A stretch of DNA of 64,000 bases from a bacterium (lineage in GTDB: Bacteria > Patescibacteriota > Microgenomatia > Levybacterales > UBA12049), in NCBI GenBank assembly GCA_021777565.1, contig JAJYDJ010000002.1:133082-197081 (forward strand), read 5' to 3'. Position 1 is the first letter of the stretch. Each line of letters begins with the position of its first letter. The position numbers and the translations under genes were made by a program. Under the pieces are notes generated by a model. The model saw only the letters and a program-made list of their open reading frames with translations, was not told where the DNA came from and ran no database searches. Positions 27,239 through 37,392 of this stretch are shown here, in pieces.

Positions 27239-28172
27239 TTTTGTATTCCAGACAATTAAACTAATGCGTCCAAAACAATGGATGAAGAACTTCCTTGTCT
27301 ACGCATCAATCATTTTTACCGGTCAACTTTTTAACCCTATTGGCCTTTGGCAGGCGACACTCACATTTGTTATCTTCTGTTTCACTTCATCAGGGATCTA
27401 TATCATTAATGATTTACTTGATATCCAAAAGGATAGGAAACATCCCTTTAAGCGGTTTCGTCCACTTGCGAGTGGGAAGCTGCCCATATGGTTCGCGATC
27501 TCGGTTGCAGCAATTCTTCTTGGGGGAAGTCTGTATGCCAGTCTTTTCAGCGTATCGTTCTTCCTGGTAGTTGCCCTCTATGTAGGCATCCAGTTGTGTT
27601 ATTCACTCGTGTTCAAACACATTGAAGTAGTAGATATTCTGGTCCTTGCCTCAGGATATGTATTGAGAGCATATGGTGGAGAAGTTGCCACAAATTATCA
27701 TATGCCAGTGTGGCTTGCACTTACCATTGTTTCCCTGTCTCTGTTCCTAGCTGTTGGGAAGCGTAAAGGAGAGCTTACGCTCATTGGAAGTTTACCTGAG
27801 AAAGCAATTAAGGAAATCCGTCCAACACTCTCACATTACTCTGAGCAATTGTTAGATGTTTATGCGTCTATCTTTGCAACGGCGACATTCGTCTTTTACA
27901 CCCTTTTTACCTTTTTGGTTTCTCCGGGTGGTGGAAAAATTACTATTGATGTCCTCCTGCCAGATTATTTACCCTCGTTCTTTCAAAGAAAATGGTTGAT
28001 GCTAACCATCCTGCCTGTTATCTACGGTTTGATGCGTTATCTGCAGGATATTTATGAGAAACATGAAGGCGAGAGTCCAGAAAAAGTTTTCTTAGCAGAT
28101 AAACCATTGATTATTGCCGTTGCGGTTTGGGCGATTCTTGTGATTGCTATTATTTATTTTGTCCAGGCGTAG
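27231..28172 (+). CDS. Decaprenyl-phosphate phosphoribosyltransferase (UbiA family)
   Basis: RPKQWMKN, YIIND..DI..DR.HP.KR.RPLASG, Y...FKH, KR..EL. Confidence 0.88.
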   Translation: MLDFVFQTIKLMRPKQWMKNFLVYASIIFTGQLFNPIGLWQATLTFVIFCFTSSGIYIINDLLDIQKDRKHPFKRFRPLASGKLPIWFAISVAAILLGGSLYASLFSVSFFLVVALYVGIQLCYSLVFKHIEVVDILVLASGYVLRAYGGEVATNYHMPVWLALTIVSLSLFLAVGKRKGELTLIGSLPEKAIKEIRPTLSHYSEQLLDVYASIFATATFVFYTLFTFLVSPGGGKITIDVLLPDYLPSFFQRKWLMLTILPVIYGLMRYLQDIYEKHEGESPEKVFLADKPLIIAVAVWAILVIAIIYFVQA

Positions 28173-29025
28173 TCTTCTTCACGTACTGGCTGCTGACCCA
28201 CCCACTGGTACTCGCAGTAAGAGTAATCTCTGTCCATCCTGATTTTTCATCGAGATATGGATATGTCTCTCCTGGTTTTACTTGCCCAACTTCTTGGCTT
28301 GCAATGCTTGGAGATTGTCTGACTCGTAAGAATCCCGTTGGTGTCTGCAATATCGTTACAGTGTTGGCACTCGGAGTGGGTGTCGGTGATAGACCTGGAG
28401 ATGGAGAAGCCACGGGACTTCCTATTGTCTGTGCACTCAAGTCGACGGGAAGTGTCACATTGGCAACCAAGCGATATCCCTTCACTGCGTGGATGCGGAT
28501 GGTAGTAGGTGCATACCCATCTTTAGTAAACGTTAACTCATGATCGGATTCACTGACATTTGACAAGGTGAGTGGGGTCTGGCCCTGATTGGTATTATCC
28601 AGCGCGACATCTGTCCCGACGGGGAACGAAATAGCATCTACCTCGGCATTTGATCCGCCAATCTTTGTAAGGGTAATGACACTCCCCTTTACTTTATCAA
28701 TACTTCCAAAGGTCCGGTCAACGACTGTAATGGTTGATGGATTAATAGTTATTTTCTCCTCATACGGATCACTGCCATCGGTCGGGACAAGTTTAATAGT
28801 ATAGTCCCCAACAGGAATCATCTGATTCTGGTCACACTTGCATAGTGGCGTGCTTCCAATTTGTTGCCCATTAAGAAATACGGTAGCGCCGGGGCTACTG
28901 GTTACTTGCAAAGCACCCTTGGTATTATCCTTAAATACGAAGGTGACAAGAAGTACATAGACGCCAACTGCTGTGATGAGCGCAGAGAGGACAAAGAGCA
29001 CTTTTCGCATATCATCATCATACAT
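28150..29025 (-). CDS. Membrane-anchored PEGA-repeat + C-terminal SH3b protein
   Basis: N-terminal TM; two PEGA-like units (G.TP); SP/TP linker; LRVR..PS...GWVSSQY. Confidence 0.82.
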   Translation of the reverse strand: MYDDDMRKVLFVLSALITAVGVYVLLVTFVFKDNTKGALQVTSSPGATVFLNGQQIGSTPLCKCDQNQMIPVGDYTIKLVPTDGSDPYEEKITINPSTITVVDRTFGSIDKVKGSVITLTKIGGSNAEVDAISFPVGTDVALDNTNQGQTPLTLSNVSESDHELTFTKDGYAPTTIRIHAVKGYRLVANVTLPVDLSAQTIGSPVASPSPGLSPTPTPSANTVTILQTPTGFLRVRQSPSIASQEVGQVKPGETYPYLDEKSGWTEITLTASTSGWVSSQYVKKTTPGQNK

Positions 29026-29052
29026 GGGAGAGCCACTCTGAGCAAGCGGATG

Positions 29053-29523
29053 TCAGTTCAAAACGACAATTGCGATATTAAGAATAGTAGCAAAACTTAC
29101 CCATAGAAAGTAGGGAATAAGTAAAATGAATGCGGTCTTACTCACTGGATAAAACGTTCGCATGGTGATGACAATAAGTGTAAGTAAAACAACAATAATA
29201 AATAAGCCCAGGAGTGGACTTCTCATGCCAAAAAAGACAGCAGACCATAGAAAATTCACGGCAAGTTGTGCAAGGAAGAAAGAAAATGCAATTTTGACTG
29301 ATTTTTTGTGCAACCCTTTCACCCACACAAACCCCAGAGCAATTCCCATGAGTGCGTACAAAAGTGTCCATACTGGGCCAAAAATCCAATTGGCAGGAGT
29401 AAAGGGTGGCTTATGAAGTGTCTGGTACCAGGTGGGAATACTCGCAAGGGTAAAAGGCGTGCTCGCAAGTCCCACGAATTCACTCAGGAGTACGCCATAG
29501 AAACTTTTTACCAGATACTTCAT
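29053..29523 (-). CDS. tspO: TspO/MBR tryptophan-rich sensory protein
   Basis: WYQTL.KP.FTP..W.F.PVWT.LY..MG, QL..NF.WS..FF, PY..WV.FA..LN. Confidence 0.92.
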   Translation of the reverse strand: MKYLVKSFYGVLLSEFVGLASTPFTLASIPTWYQTLHKPPFTPANWIFGPVWTLLYALMGIALGFVWVKGLHKKSVKIAFSFFLAQLAVNFLWSAVFFGMRSPLLGLFIIVVLLTLIVITMRTFYPVSKTAFILLIPYFLWVSFATILNIAIVVLN

Positions 29524-29570
29524 ACCATTTTTAGTATGTGACAAAGAAAAGGCTTCTGCAACAAGATAAA

Positions 29571-31118
29571 TTATCGGAAGCTGAGATCGGTAATCATGTT
29601 GGGATCAGAAGGGACCGAAATGTCGCTAGCATCAAGGGCATATTTTTCTACACGAAATCCGTTGGGGAAGGTCCAGGTCTGTATTGGTTGCTTGGTGATA
29701 TGTACTTTGTTGATAACCCACCAATCACCTTGAATGCCGTTACTTTTGCCTCCGGGAGGGGAAATCAAAAGATAGGTGATAGGTTTCTTCATGTACGCGT
29801 CTGCTTTCTGAAGAGGATGTTTGGTGGCAATAAAATGCATGGCATAGCGAGGACTGTACCCATATTCATCAGGAGAGAATATATAATACCCAAACTCTTT
29901 TTCGTTATCACCAAACACTTTTTCTGCAACGTGCTCATTAAATAACCAAGACCCTGTATCATATCCGACACTTGTTGGCACTGCATGCACATTTAGGTCA
30001 TAGATGGCAAGTGGATAGACGGCGATGATGATCGCTATCCAGAAAAAGATGCGCGCGACATACTTGCGAATTGAGAGGAGTACGAGTGCCGTGACCGGGA
30101 CAAATGGGGCATAGTAGTAGGACCAGACGACCCCACGATAGAGATAGGTGAGTGCAAAGTACCCAAGGAAGAGGTAGACAAAGAGTCGGTACTCAACCTC
30201 TCTCCCTTTCTCTGGTGTCCGCCATGCAAAGAGAAGAACGAAGAAGAAGAAAATGGTCGCAATGAGGTGGCTGTACCATGGTGTATAAGCAATAAAGGCA
30301 ATGGCATTGGTGAGGCTGTCATAGCGATTGCTCATAAAGCTTTTGGTATCAAATCCTTTCACACTCCCTGTGGCTCCATGGGCATAAGAAATAAGACTGT
30401 GGAGTTCAAGGAATTGGTGCCTTAGGTCAAAAAGAATATACGTAGAAAACGGAATCAAAAGAATAAGGTACGCAAGCAGATGAGAGAATTTTCTTGTTCG
30501 TAAAATGACTGCGAGGATGATAAGTGATGAGAGGAAAAGTATTGGTCCACCAAACGCAATTTGGAACTGGATCATGAGTCCACACAAAAATAGTGCACTT
30601 ATCAGGTATCTAAATTGTTTGTTTTGCAGATATCGTACTAGTAAATAAAAAAAGAGCGGGAATACCATGGTTGCTCCAAATGGATTAAAAAGTGCAGACA
30701 GAGAGTCAATCTGCACCAGCATGAATATCACTGCTGCCATGGCACCCGTATACTGATCAAATAGCTTTTTCCCAACCCAGAAGATAATGCCTGAGGTTAG
30801 GACTTCAAGAAAGATCCAGAAATAACCAACTACCAGAGGATCACCTCTGCCGATAACATAAGCAGGAAGATTGAGATACAACCACAACGGGCCATGGAAA
30901 ATGCCCGAGATACCACCTGATCGGGGTCCGATAAGGGGAAGCTTATGTGTTTGGACTGTCTGTTCCAAAAGGAGAAAATCACGCGCGATGTCAGTATTAA
31001 ATGACATGTCATGAAGGATGATAGGGGCGCTACTGGATAATAGTCCAAGAAGAAAGAGCGAAATAGTCAGTACCCAGAAGAGTTTTTGTAAGAAAGGTAT
31101 ATGAGACTCTGTCCCCAT
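29571..31118 (-). CDS. GT-C fold glycosyltransferase-like membrane protein
   Basis: F.TD.ARD...PLIGP...HGP.W.YL first loop, multiple TMs, extracellular C-terminus. Confidence 0.75.
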   Translation of the reverse strand: MGTESHIPFLQKLFWVLTISLFLLGLLSSSAPIILHDMSFNTDIARDFLLLEQTVQTHKLPLIGPRSGGISGIFHGPLWLYLNLPAYVIGRGDPLVVGYFWIFLEVLTSGIIFWVGKKLFDQYTGAMAAVIFMLVQIDSLSALFNPFGATMVFPLFFYLLVRYLQNKQFRYLISALFLCGLMIQFQIAFGGPILFLSSLIILAVILRTRKFSHLLAYLILLIPFSTYILFDLRHQFLELHSLISYAHGATGSVKGFDTKSFMSNRYDSLTNAIAFIAYTPWYSHLIATIFFFFVLLFAWRTPEKGREVEYRLFVYLFLGYFALTYLYRGVVWSYYYAPFVPVTALVLLSIRKYVARIFFWIAIIIAVYPLAIYDLNVHAVPTSVGYDTGSWLFNEHVAEKVFGDNEKEFGYYIFSPDEYGYSPRYAMHFIATKHPLQKADAYMKKPITYLLISPPGGKSNGIQGDWWVINKVHITKQPIQTWTFPNGFRVEKYALDASDISVPSDPNMITDLSFR

Positions 31119-31122
31119 ACTC

Positions 31123-32535
31123 TTATGATAGACGTGGGAAGAGTGCTTGACTACTAGTAATTTTCTCGGCAGTAAATTGATTTATGATCTTTTCAGCGGT
31201 CTCTGGGAGGAAAGGCTGGAGGCTATACGAAATGACAAGAATTTCATGAATATATTCACGCAGCTTCTCTGCAAGTTGGTCTCCCTCCAATTTCCAAGGG
31301 GTATCTGCGTTAATTTGTTTATCGACTTCACTTATTTTCTCCCAAAGCAAGGTAAGAGCCTCATTATACAGATACTTTTGCAAATGCTCGGTTATACCAG
31401 GGATAACTTCCTCAGGAAGTTTTTGCCCATCAAGTGATACTTTCTCACAGAGTTTTGCAACGCGTGCGACCAAATTCCCTAGTCCATTCGCTAGGTCGGA
31501 CGTGTACACTTCTTCAAGTTTTTTCATACTGATATCACTGTCATCCCAAGGGTTTACCTTGGCGAGAAGATAGTAGCGTAGTACATCAGTTCCATACTGC
31601 TCTGCGACTTCAATAGGATTAATGGTATTGCCAAGACTCTTACTAATTTTCTGTCCATTCAGAGTCAAAAAGCCGTGAATAAAAATTTGCTTTGAGGCAG
31701 GAACTCCTGCTGACATCAGCATAGCTTGCCACATGGCTGACTGTTGTCTGAGATTATCTTTGCCAGCAAATTGGGTAACTGGCCACCAGGTATTAAATTT
31801 CTCCATATCATCTGGCCAACCGATAGCAGAGATATAGTTAACCAGTGCATCAAACCACACGTACATAACATGTTCTTCGTCATCTGGTACTGGAATGCCC
31901 CATGGCATTTTAGACTTGAGACGGGAAATACTAAAATCTTGTAAGCCTCCCTCAACAAATGTCGTAATTTCTTTATATTTGGTAGCAGGAATCACAAATT
32001 CAGGATGGTCTTTATAAAAGGCAAGAAGTGGCGCCTGATATTTGGAAAATCGGAAGAAATAATTTTCTTCCTCACGAATCTCGAGTTCCTTATTTGGATG
32101 CAGTGGGCACTTCCCATCTACCAGTTCAGAATCAGTCTTCTCAAGCTCGCATCCGACACAGTATTTAATCTGGTATTGTTTCTTATAGATATCATCATTT
32201 GCCTTGCATCTCTTCCAAAATTCTTGTGCAGCCATCTCATGATGAGGATCAGTCGTGCGAATGAAGCTGTTATAGCTTAGATTGAGTGCATTTTTTAGTG
32301 CATCAAATTTTGCGGCGTACTCATCGCAATATTCTTTGGGAGTTTGATTGTTCTTAAGAGCAGCTTCATAGATTTTTTGTCCGTGCTCATCTGTCCCGAA
32401 ATTAAAGAAGACCTCATCACCCAAAAGTCTGTGGAGTCGGGCCGTCGCATCTGCCTGGATAATTTCGAGAGCAAATCCAATGTGAGGCTCAGCATTGACG
32501 TAGGGAAGTGTTGTCGTCAAGTAAAATTTGTTCAT
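31123..32535 (-). CDS. metG: Methionyl-tRNA synthetase, short form
   Basis: YVNAEPHIG, GTDEHG, YVWFDAL, KISKS; no C-terminal tRNA-binding domain. Confidence 0.96.
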   Translation of the reverse strand: MNKFYLTTTLPYVNAEPHIGFALEIIQADATARLHRLLGDEVFFNFGTDEHGQKIYEAALKNNQTPKEYCDEYAAKFDALKNALNLSYNSFIRTTDPHHEMAAQEFWKRCKANDDIYKKQYQIKYCVGCELEKTDSELVDGKCPLHPNKELEIREEENYFFRFSKYQAPLLAFYKDHPEFVIPATKYKEITTFVEGGLQDFSISRLKSKMPWGIPVPDDEEHVMYVWFDALVNYISAIGWPDDMEKFNTWWPVTQFAGKDNLRQQSAMWQAMLMSAGVPASKQIFIHGFLTLNGQKISKSLGNTINPIEVAEQYGTDVLRYYLLAKVNPWDDSDISMKKLEEVYTSDLANGLGNLVARVAKLCEKVSLDGQKLPEEVIPGITEHLQKYLYNEALTLLWEKISEVDKQINADTPWKLEGDQLAEKLREYIHEILVISYSLQPFLPETAEKIINQFTAEKITSSQALFPRLS

Positions 32536-32544
32536 AGCCTCATT

Positions 32545-32877
32545 TTAGCTTTGATAGAGTAAAACTTCAAGCAGCACGAAAAGAAGGGCTAAAAAGAGAG
32601 TGAAAAACCATGAGGTAATGCCTAAAAAATGTAGGAGGAGAAACATACAAACAACACCACTTACCAGAAGTCCTTGGAGGATGCGGCGCGAAATACTACT
32701 TACCAGTGAAAAAAGCGCAAGAGCGAGAAGAAAGATGGCAATATAGGTGACAGGGATGGTAACGGTACTGACATGATAGATCGTGGTTGGTGCTATGGAG
32801 AAAAAGATATAGAGGAATCCTGCGCCCGAGAGAAGTCCCAGGAGAAATACAGAAAGTCTGATGATGCGCCGCTGCAT
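32545..32877 (-). CDS. Small four-TM hypothetical protein
   Basis: Hydrophobic throughout; start re-picked to ATG 32877. Confidence 0.65.
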   Translation of the reverse strand: MQRRIIRLSVFLLGLLSGAGFLYIFFSIAPTTIYHVSTVTIPVTYIAIFLLALALFSLVSSISRRILQGLLVSGVVCMFLLLHFLGITSWFFTLFLALLFVLLEVLLYQS

Positions 32878-32906
32878 GAATCTACTATGACAGCCAAGAA
32901 GACCCC

Positions 32907-32947
32907 TTGACAAGTATTAGCAGTCATGGTACTTTATTGCTAATACT
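32907..32947 (+). promoter_or_regulatory. Sigma70 promoter overlapped by CIRCE (HrcA operator)
   Basis: TTGACA 32907-32912, 17 nt, TACTTT; TTAGCAGTC-N9-TATTGCTAA at 32917-32943 versus consensus TTAGCACTC-N9-GAGTGCTAA. Confidence 0.85.
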
Positions 32948-33676
32948 ATGTATAACCTGACGCAAAGACAGATCCAAATCTTGAAAAGTCTGATTGAGGA
33001 ATACATCCAGACCGCGATGCCTGTGGGATCAGAAACCTTGGAGAAAAAACATAGTCTCACGGCGTCCCCTGCAACCATTCGTAACGAAATGATGAAACTT
33101 GAAGAACTGGGGTATTTGAAAAAACCTCACACCAGTGCTGGCCGTATCCCAACACCAATGGCGATGAGATTTTATGTGAATCAACAACTTAAGGAAAAAG
33201 AATTAACGGTCGCAGAAGAAGTCGCGATGAAAGAGAGGGTCTGGGACTATCGTGAAGAAGAAAATAGGTTTTTCCGTATGGCAGTGAAGGCACTTGCTGA
33301 AAAAACAAAGACACTCGCTATTGCCGTGACTGAAGATGGGGATGTCTTTACCTCAGGATATGCCAACCTTTTGGAAATGCCAGAATTTTTTGAAATAGAT
33401 GTTGCTCGTGAACTACTTGTCGCACTTGATGAATACGATATGCTTTCAACCCTTTTTGCGACCAAGCAAGATGGAGATATTTGTATTCTTTTGGGCGAGG
33501 AGATGGGTCCACGACTTAGCGGTCCATACAGCTGTGTCTTTACCCATTTCACTACCCCTATGCAGACACGTGGTGAGATTGGTGTTATTGGCCCAACAAG
33601 ACTAAACTATATGTATGTTATTCCAACAGTCCGGTATTTTGGAAACCTTGTCGAGCAAGTAGCAAAGGGTTGGTAA
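32948..33676 (+). CDS. hrcA: Heat-inducible repressor HrcA (short form)
   Basis: PVGS, SPATIRNEM..LE..GYL..PHTSAGRIPT, IGVIGPTRLNY. Confidence 0.95.
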   Translation: MYNLTQRQIQILKSLIEEYIQTAMPVGSETLEKKHSLTASPATIRNEMMKLEELGYLKKPHTSAGRIPTPMAMRFYVNQQLKEKELTVAEEVAMKERVWDYREEENRFFRMAVKALAEKTKTLAIAVTEDGDVFTSGYANLLEMPEFFEIDVARELLVALDEYDMLSTLFATKQDGDICILLGEEMGPRLSGPYSCVFTHFTTPMQTRGEIGVIGPTRLNYMYVIPTVRYFGNLVEQVAKGW

Positions 33677-33679
33677 CAT

Positions 33680-34171
33680 ATGGGAGTAAAAGCAGACACT
33701 CAGGAAGAAATCGAGGAACAAGTGGAAGAAACGTTGGAAGAAGAAAAGCCAACTGACGAACTGGTACATTTACAAGAAAAATTAGTAGAGGCAGAAGATA
33801 AATACAAAAGGGCACTGGCTGATTATCAAAATCTGGAACGGCACATGGCAAGTCAGAAAAGTGCATGGGCCAGACAATCAGCAAAGCAAATAGTCTTGAA
33901 ATTGTTGCCTGTTTTGGATACACTTTTGTTGGTATACAAGCATACGAATGATGAAGGAGTAAACCTCGTCATCAAAGACTTTTTAAAAATCTTGGATGAA
34001 GAGGGTGTGAGTAGGATCGAAACCGTTGGAAAGTCTTTTGATCCACATTCGATGGATTGTATAACAACACAAGAAGGGAAAAATGACATGGTTCTGGAGG
34101 AAGTACGCTCAGGCTTTATGCTTGATGGACAAGTTCTCCGTCCAGCACAAGTCATTGTAGGAAAGGAATAA
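33680..34171 (+). CDS. grpE: Nucleotide exchange factor GrpE
   Basis: RALADYQN, FDP, G..L.G.VLRPAQV.V. Confidence 0.95.
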   Translation: MGVKADTQEEIEEQVEETLEEEKPTDELVHLQEKLVEAEDKYKRALADYQNLERHMASQKSAWARQSAKQIVLKLLPVLDTLLLVYKHTNDEGVNLVIKDFLKILDEEGVSRIETVGKSFDPHSMDCITTQEGKNDMVLEEVRSGFMLDGQVLRPAQVIVGKE

Positions 34172-34177
34172 AAATAT

Positions 34178-36073
34178 ATGGCAAAAATTATTGGAATTGA
34201 TTTAGGAACAACAAATTCATGTGTAGCAGTCATGGAAGGTGGCTCACCAAAAGTGATTCACTCGGCTGAAGGGCGCAATGTCATCCCGTCAGTCGTAGAT
34301 CCAAAGACACACGTGGTTGGTGACGTGGCAAAGCGCCAAATGGTTTTGAAGCCACTTGAGACCATTTACTCAATTAAGCGTCTCATGGGTCGCAAATTCT
34401 CTGATCCATCAGTGCAGCGAGACATGAAGTTGCTGCCGTACAAAATTAAAGCAGGAAGAGATGATATGGCCGTAGTTGAGGTGGATGGCAAAGACTATAC
34501 CCCACAAGAAGTCTCAGCAATGATCTTACAAAAAATCAAAGCAGATGCTGAGGCGTATCTGGGAGATAAAGTAACCCAAGCAGTTATCACGGTGCCAGCA
34601 TATTTTGACGACTCCGAGCGCCAGGCCACCAAACAAGCTGGAGAAGTGGCTGGACTTGAAGTACTTCGTATTATTAATGAGCCTACCGCAGCGGCACTTG
34701 CTTATGGTCTTGATAAGAAAAACGCACACACGATCGCGGTCTATGACTTGGGTGGTGGAACATTTGATATCTCTATCCTTGAACTTGGAGATGGCGTGTA
34801 TGAAGTAAAATCAACCAATGGTGACACCCACCTGGGTGGCGATGATTTCGACCAGGTCATTATTGACTACATCGCTGAAGAATTCCAAAAAGAAAATGGC
34901 ATTGACCTAAGAAAAGATGCGCAGGCACTGCAGCGACTAAAGGAATCAGCAGAAAAAGCAAAGATCGAACTCTCATCTTCTCAAGAAGCACAAATTAATC
35001 AGCCATTTATTACGCAAGGGGCAAATGGACCATTGCATCTGACAATGACATTTACTCGAGCAAAGCTTGAGCAGATCGTTGATCCACTCATCCAGAAGAC
35101 ACTTTCCCCTGTTCAAAAAGCATTGGATGACGCCAAAGCCACAGTCAGTAATATCGATGAAATCGTCTTGGTTGGTGGCATGACTCGTATGCCAAAAGTG
35201 ATCGAGACGGTGACTAAATTCTTTGGCAAAGAGCCTAACAAATCAGTGAACCCTGATGAAGTGGTAGCCGTTGGTGCAGCAGTACAAGGTGGCGTGCTTT
35301 CAGGAGAGGTGAAGGATGTCCTTCTTCTTGACGTAACACCATTGACGCTTGGCCTTGAAACCTTGGGTGGTGTCTCTACCCCACTTATTGCACGTAACAC
35401 CACTATCCCAACGAGTAAATCTCAAGTATTCTCAACTGCCGCAGATAACCAGACTTCAGTTGAAATTAACGTACTACAAGGTGAGCGTCCAATGGCAACA
35501 GATAACAAATCTTTGGGTCGTTTTATCCTGGATGGTATCCCACCAGCGCCACGTGGCGTACCACAAGTAGAAGTAACTTTTGATATCGACGCCAGTGGTA
35601 TCGTGACTGTTAAGGCTAAAGATAAAGCCAGTGGCAAAGAGCAGTCCATCAAGATCACCGGCAGTACAGGGTTATCCAAAGATGAGATTGAAAAGATGAC
35701 CAAAGAAGCCGAAGCGCATGCCACAGAAGATGCAGCCAAGAAGGATCGTATCGAAGCTCGTAATATGGCAGACAGTCTTATCTTTACTGCAGAGAAAGCC
35801 CTCAAGGATGCAGGAGATAAAGTCCCTGCTGAGATAAAGACTGAGGTCGAAGGAAAAGTAAGTGAGCTTAAGGGCATGCTTGAGACAGGGAGCAAAGAGG
35901 ATCTAGAAGCCAAATCCAAAGAACTTTCTGAGTCAATGCAGAAGATCGGCAGCGCTGCCTATGGTACGCCAGAAGGGCAACAGCCAGGTCCTCAAGAGGA
36001 AGAAATTGAATCCAAAGAAGAAGATGGTAAAACTGATACACAAGGAGCCCAAGAAGGAGAAGTGGTTAACTAA
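34178..36073 (+). CDS. dnaK: Chaperone DnaK
   Basis: [32 protein letters not shown]. Confidence 0.98.
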   Translation: MAKIIGIDLGTTNSCVAVMEGGSPKVIHSAEGRNVIPSVVDPKTHVVGDVAKRQMVLKPLETIYSIKRLMGRKFSDPSVQRDMKLLPYKIKAGRDDMAVVEVDGKDYTPQEVSAMILQKIKADAEAYLGDKVTQAVITVPAYFDDSERQATKQAGEVAGLEVLRIINEPTAAALAYGLDKKNAHTIAVYDLGGGTFDISILELGDGVYEVKSTNGDTHLGGDDFDQVIIDYIAEEFQKENGIDLRKDAQALQRLKESAEKAKIELSSSQEAQINQPFITQGANGPLHLTMTFTRAKLEQIVDPLIQKTLSPVQKALDDAKATVSNIDEIVLVGGMTRMPKVIETVTKFFGKEPNKSVNPDEVVAVGAAVQGGVLSGEVKDVLLLDVTPLTLGLETLGGVSTPLIARNTTIPTSKSQVFSTAADNQTSVEINVLQGERPMATDNKSLGRFILDGIPPAPRGVPQVEVTFDIDASGIVTVKAKDKASGKEQSIKITGSTGLSKDEIEKMTKEAEAHATEDAAKKDRIEARNMADSLIFTAEKALKDAGDKVPAEIKTEVEGKVSELKGMLETGSKEDLEAKSKELSESMQKIGSAAYGTPEGQQPGPQEEEIESKEEDGKTDTQGAQEGEVVN

Positions 36074-36098
36074 CTTGAGTCTCTCTTCCCCCTCTCTT

Positions 36099-36120
36099 GA
36101 GCGCATGAGAGCGCTTTTTT
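36099..36120 (+). terminator. Probable weak intra-operon terminator between dnaK and dnaJ
   Basis: GAGCGC-ATGAGA-GCGCTT followed by a T run. Confidence 0.55.
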
Positions 36121-36127
36121 AATATAT

Positions 36128-36985
36128 ATGGCAAAAGACTACTACGAATTACTCGGCGTCTCCAAAACTGCAAGTGAAGATGAGATCAAAAAAGCGTATC
36201 GCAAGCTGGCCTTGCAGTATCATCCTGACCGTAATAAAGAAAAAGGTGCCACTGAGAAATTTAAAGAGATCACACAAGCCTACGAGGTCATCTCTGATCC
36301 ACAAAAGCGTAAAACCTATGACCAGTTTGGAGCTGCCGCTTTTGACGGGAATGGTGCAGGAGCAGGCCAAGGACCATTTGGTGGAGGATTTGGTGGTCAG
36401 CAAGGACCATTTAGTTATACCTATACCTCTGGTGGAGGAGACTTCGGAGGATTTTCTGACCCATTTGAAATTTTTGAGCAGTTCTTTGGTGGTGGCTTTT
36501 CCCGTGGGCCAAGACGCCCAGTCTACTCAGTACGGATCACTTTCATGGAAGCAGCACACGGGGTGACGAAGAAAGTAAGTATAGATGGGAAGAATGAGAC
36601 GATTAAAATCCCAGCTGGCGTTGATGGTGGCTCACGTATCAGATTTGAAAAATACGATATCGTCACCGAGGTAGAACCAAGCAAAGTTTTTGAACGGCAA
36701 GGCTATGACATCATTACCCAGGTAAACATTTCTTTCACCCAGGCAGCGCTTGGCGCAGAAGTGTCAGTCGAGACCATTGATGGGGATGTGAAGATAAAAG
36801 TGCCATCTGGTACCCAGCCAGGGACGATTCTCAGACTTGGTGGTCGTGGGATCAAACACGTCAGAGGAAGTGGCAGAGGAGATCAATATGTAAAAATTCA
36901 AGTAGTCGTACCCAAAAATCTGTCCAGCAAACAAAAGGATCTTCTTAAGGAATTTGACGAGCCCCAAAAGAGAAAGTTCTTCTAA
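36128..36985 (+). CDS. dnaJ: DnaJ-family co-chaperone lacking the zinc finger (class B)
   Basis: HPD J-domain, G/F region, C-terminal domain; no CxxCxGxG repeats. Confidence 0.9.
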   Translation: MAKDYYELLGVSKTASEDEIKKAYRKLALQYHPDRNKEKGATEKFKEITQAYEVISDPQKRKTYDQFGAAAFDGNGAGAGQGPFGGGFGGQQGPFSYTYTSGGGDFGGFSDPFEIFEQFFGGGFSRGPRRPVYSVRITFMEAAHGVTKKVSIDGKNETIKIPAGVDGGSRIRFEKYDIVTEVEPSKVFERQGYDIITQVNISFTQAALGAEVSVETIDGDVKIKVPSGTQPGTILRLGGRGIKHVRGSGRGDQYVKIQVVVPKNLSSKQKDLLKEFDEPQKRKFF

Positions 36986-37031
36986 TTCTTTCCAAACGTA
37001 TCGATTTTCGCTACACTACTAGTGTAGACGT

Positions 37032-37391
37032 ATGGAAATGTCATTTGAGCTGATTGGTGGATCATTTAACACATTCTTTCTTATTGCTGATTTCTTCAGA
37101 TTTTGGTTTTTTTCTGGTCCCCTCGGTCTCATAAAATATTTTGGTTCACTTAATGGTGCTTTTCTCAAATTACTTTCTTACAACATTTTGCTTTCTACTT
37201 TTTTTCAGCCATTAAAAAATGAATATCGGGAAGGATTGGTTGGATTTTCTATCGCCATGGGCATGGTGTTTAAGATATTCATTCTCTTTTTTGAAACGAT
37301 TGCCTATCTGGTTCTTCTCGTATTAGAAGTATTTTTTGTTTGCGCATTTGTGTTGTGGCCATTTGCGACCTTAATGCTCGCGTTTATATAA
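37032..37391 (+). CDS. Small membrane protein, probable partner of the downstream Clp ATPase
   Basis: Hydrophobic, LL.TFFQPLK motif; stop 1 nt before the next ATG. Confidence 0.7.
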   Translation: MEMSFELIGGSFNTFFLIADFFRFWFFSGPLGLIKYFGSLNGAFLKLLSYNILLSTFFQPLKNEYREGLVGFSIAMGMVFKIFILFFETIAYLVLLVLEVFFVCAFVLWPFATLMLAFI

Positions 37392-37392
37392 T

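Noticed and set aside
35422-35919. Antisense ORFs (here opposite dnaK; also opposite ftsH, pnp, rnj, ftsK, rpoB)
   Set aside because: Shadow frames of conserved genes with no independent motifs or expression signals.
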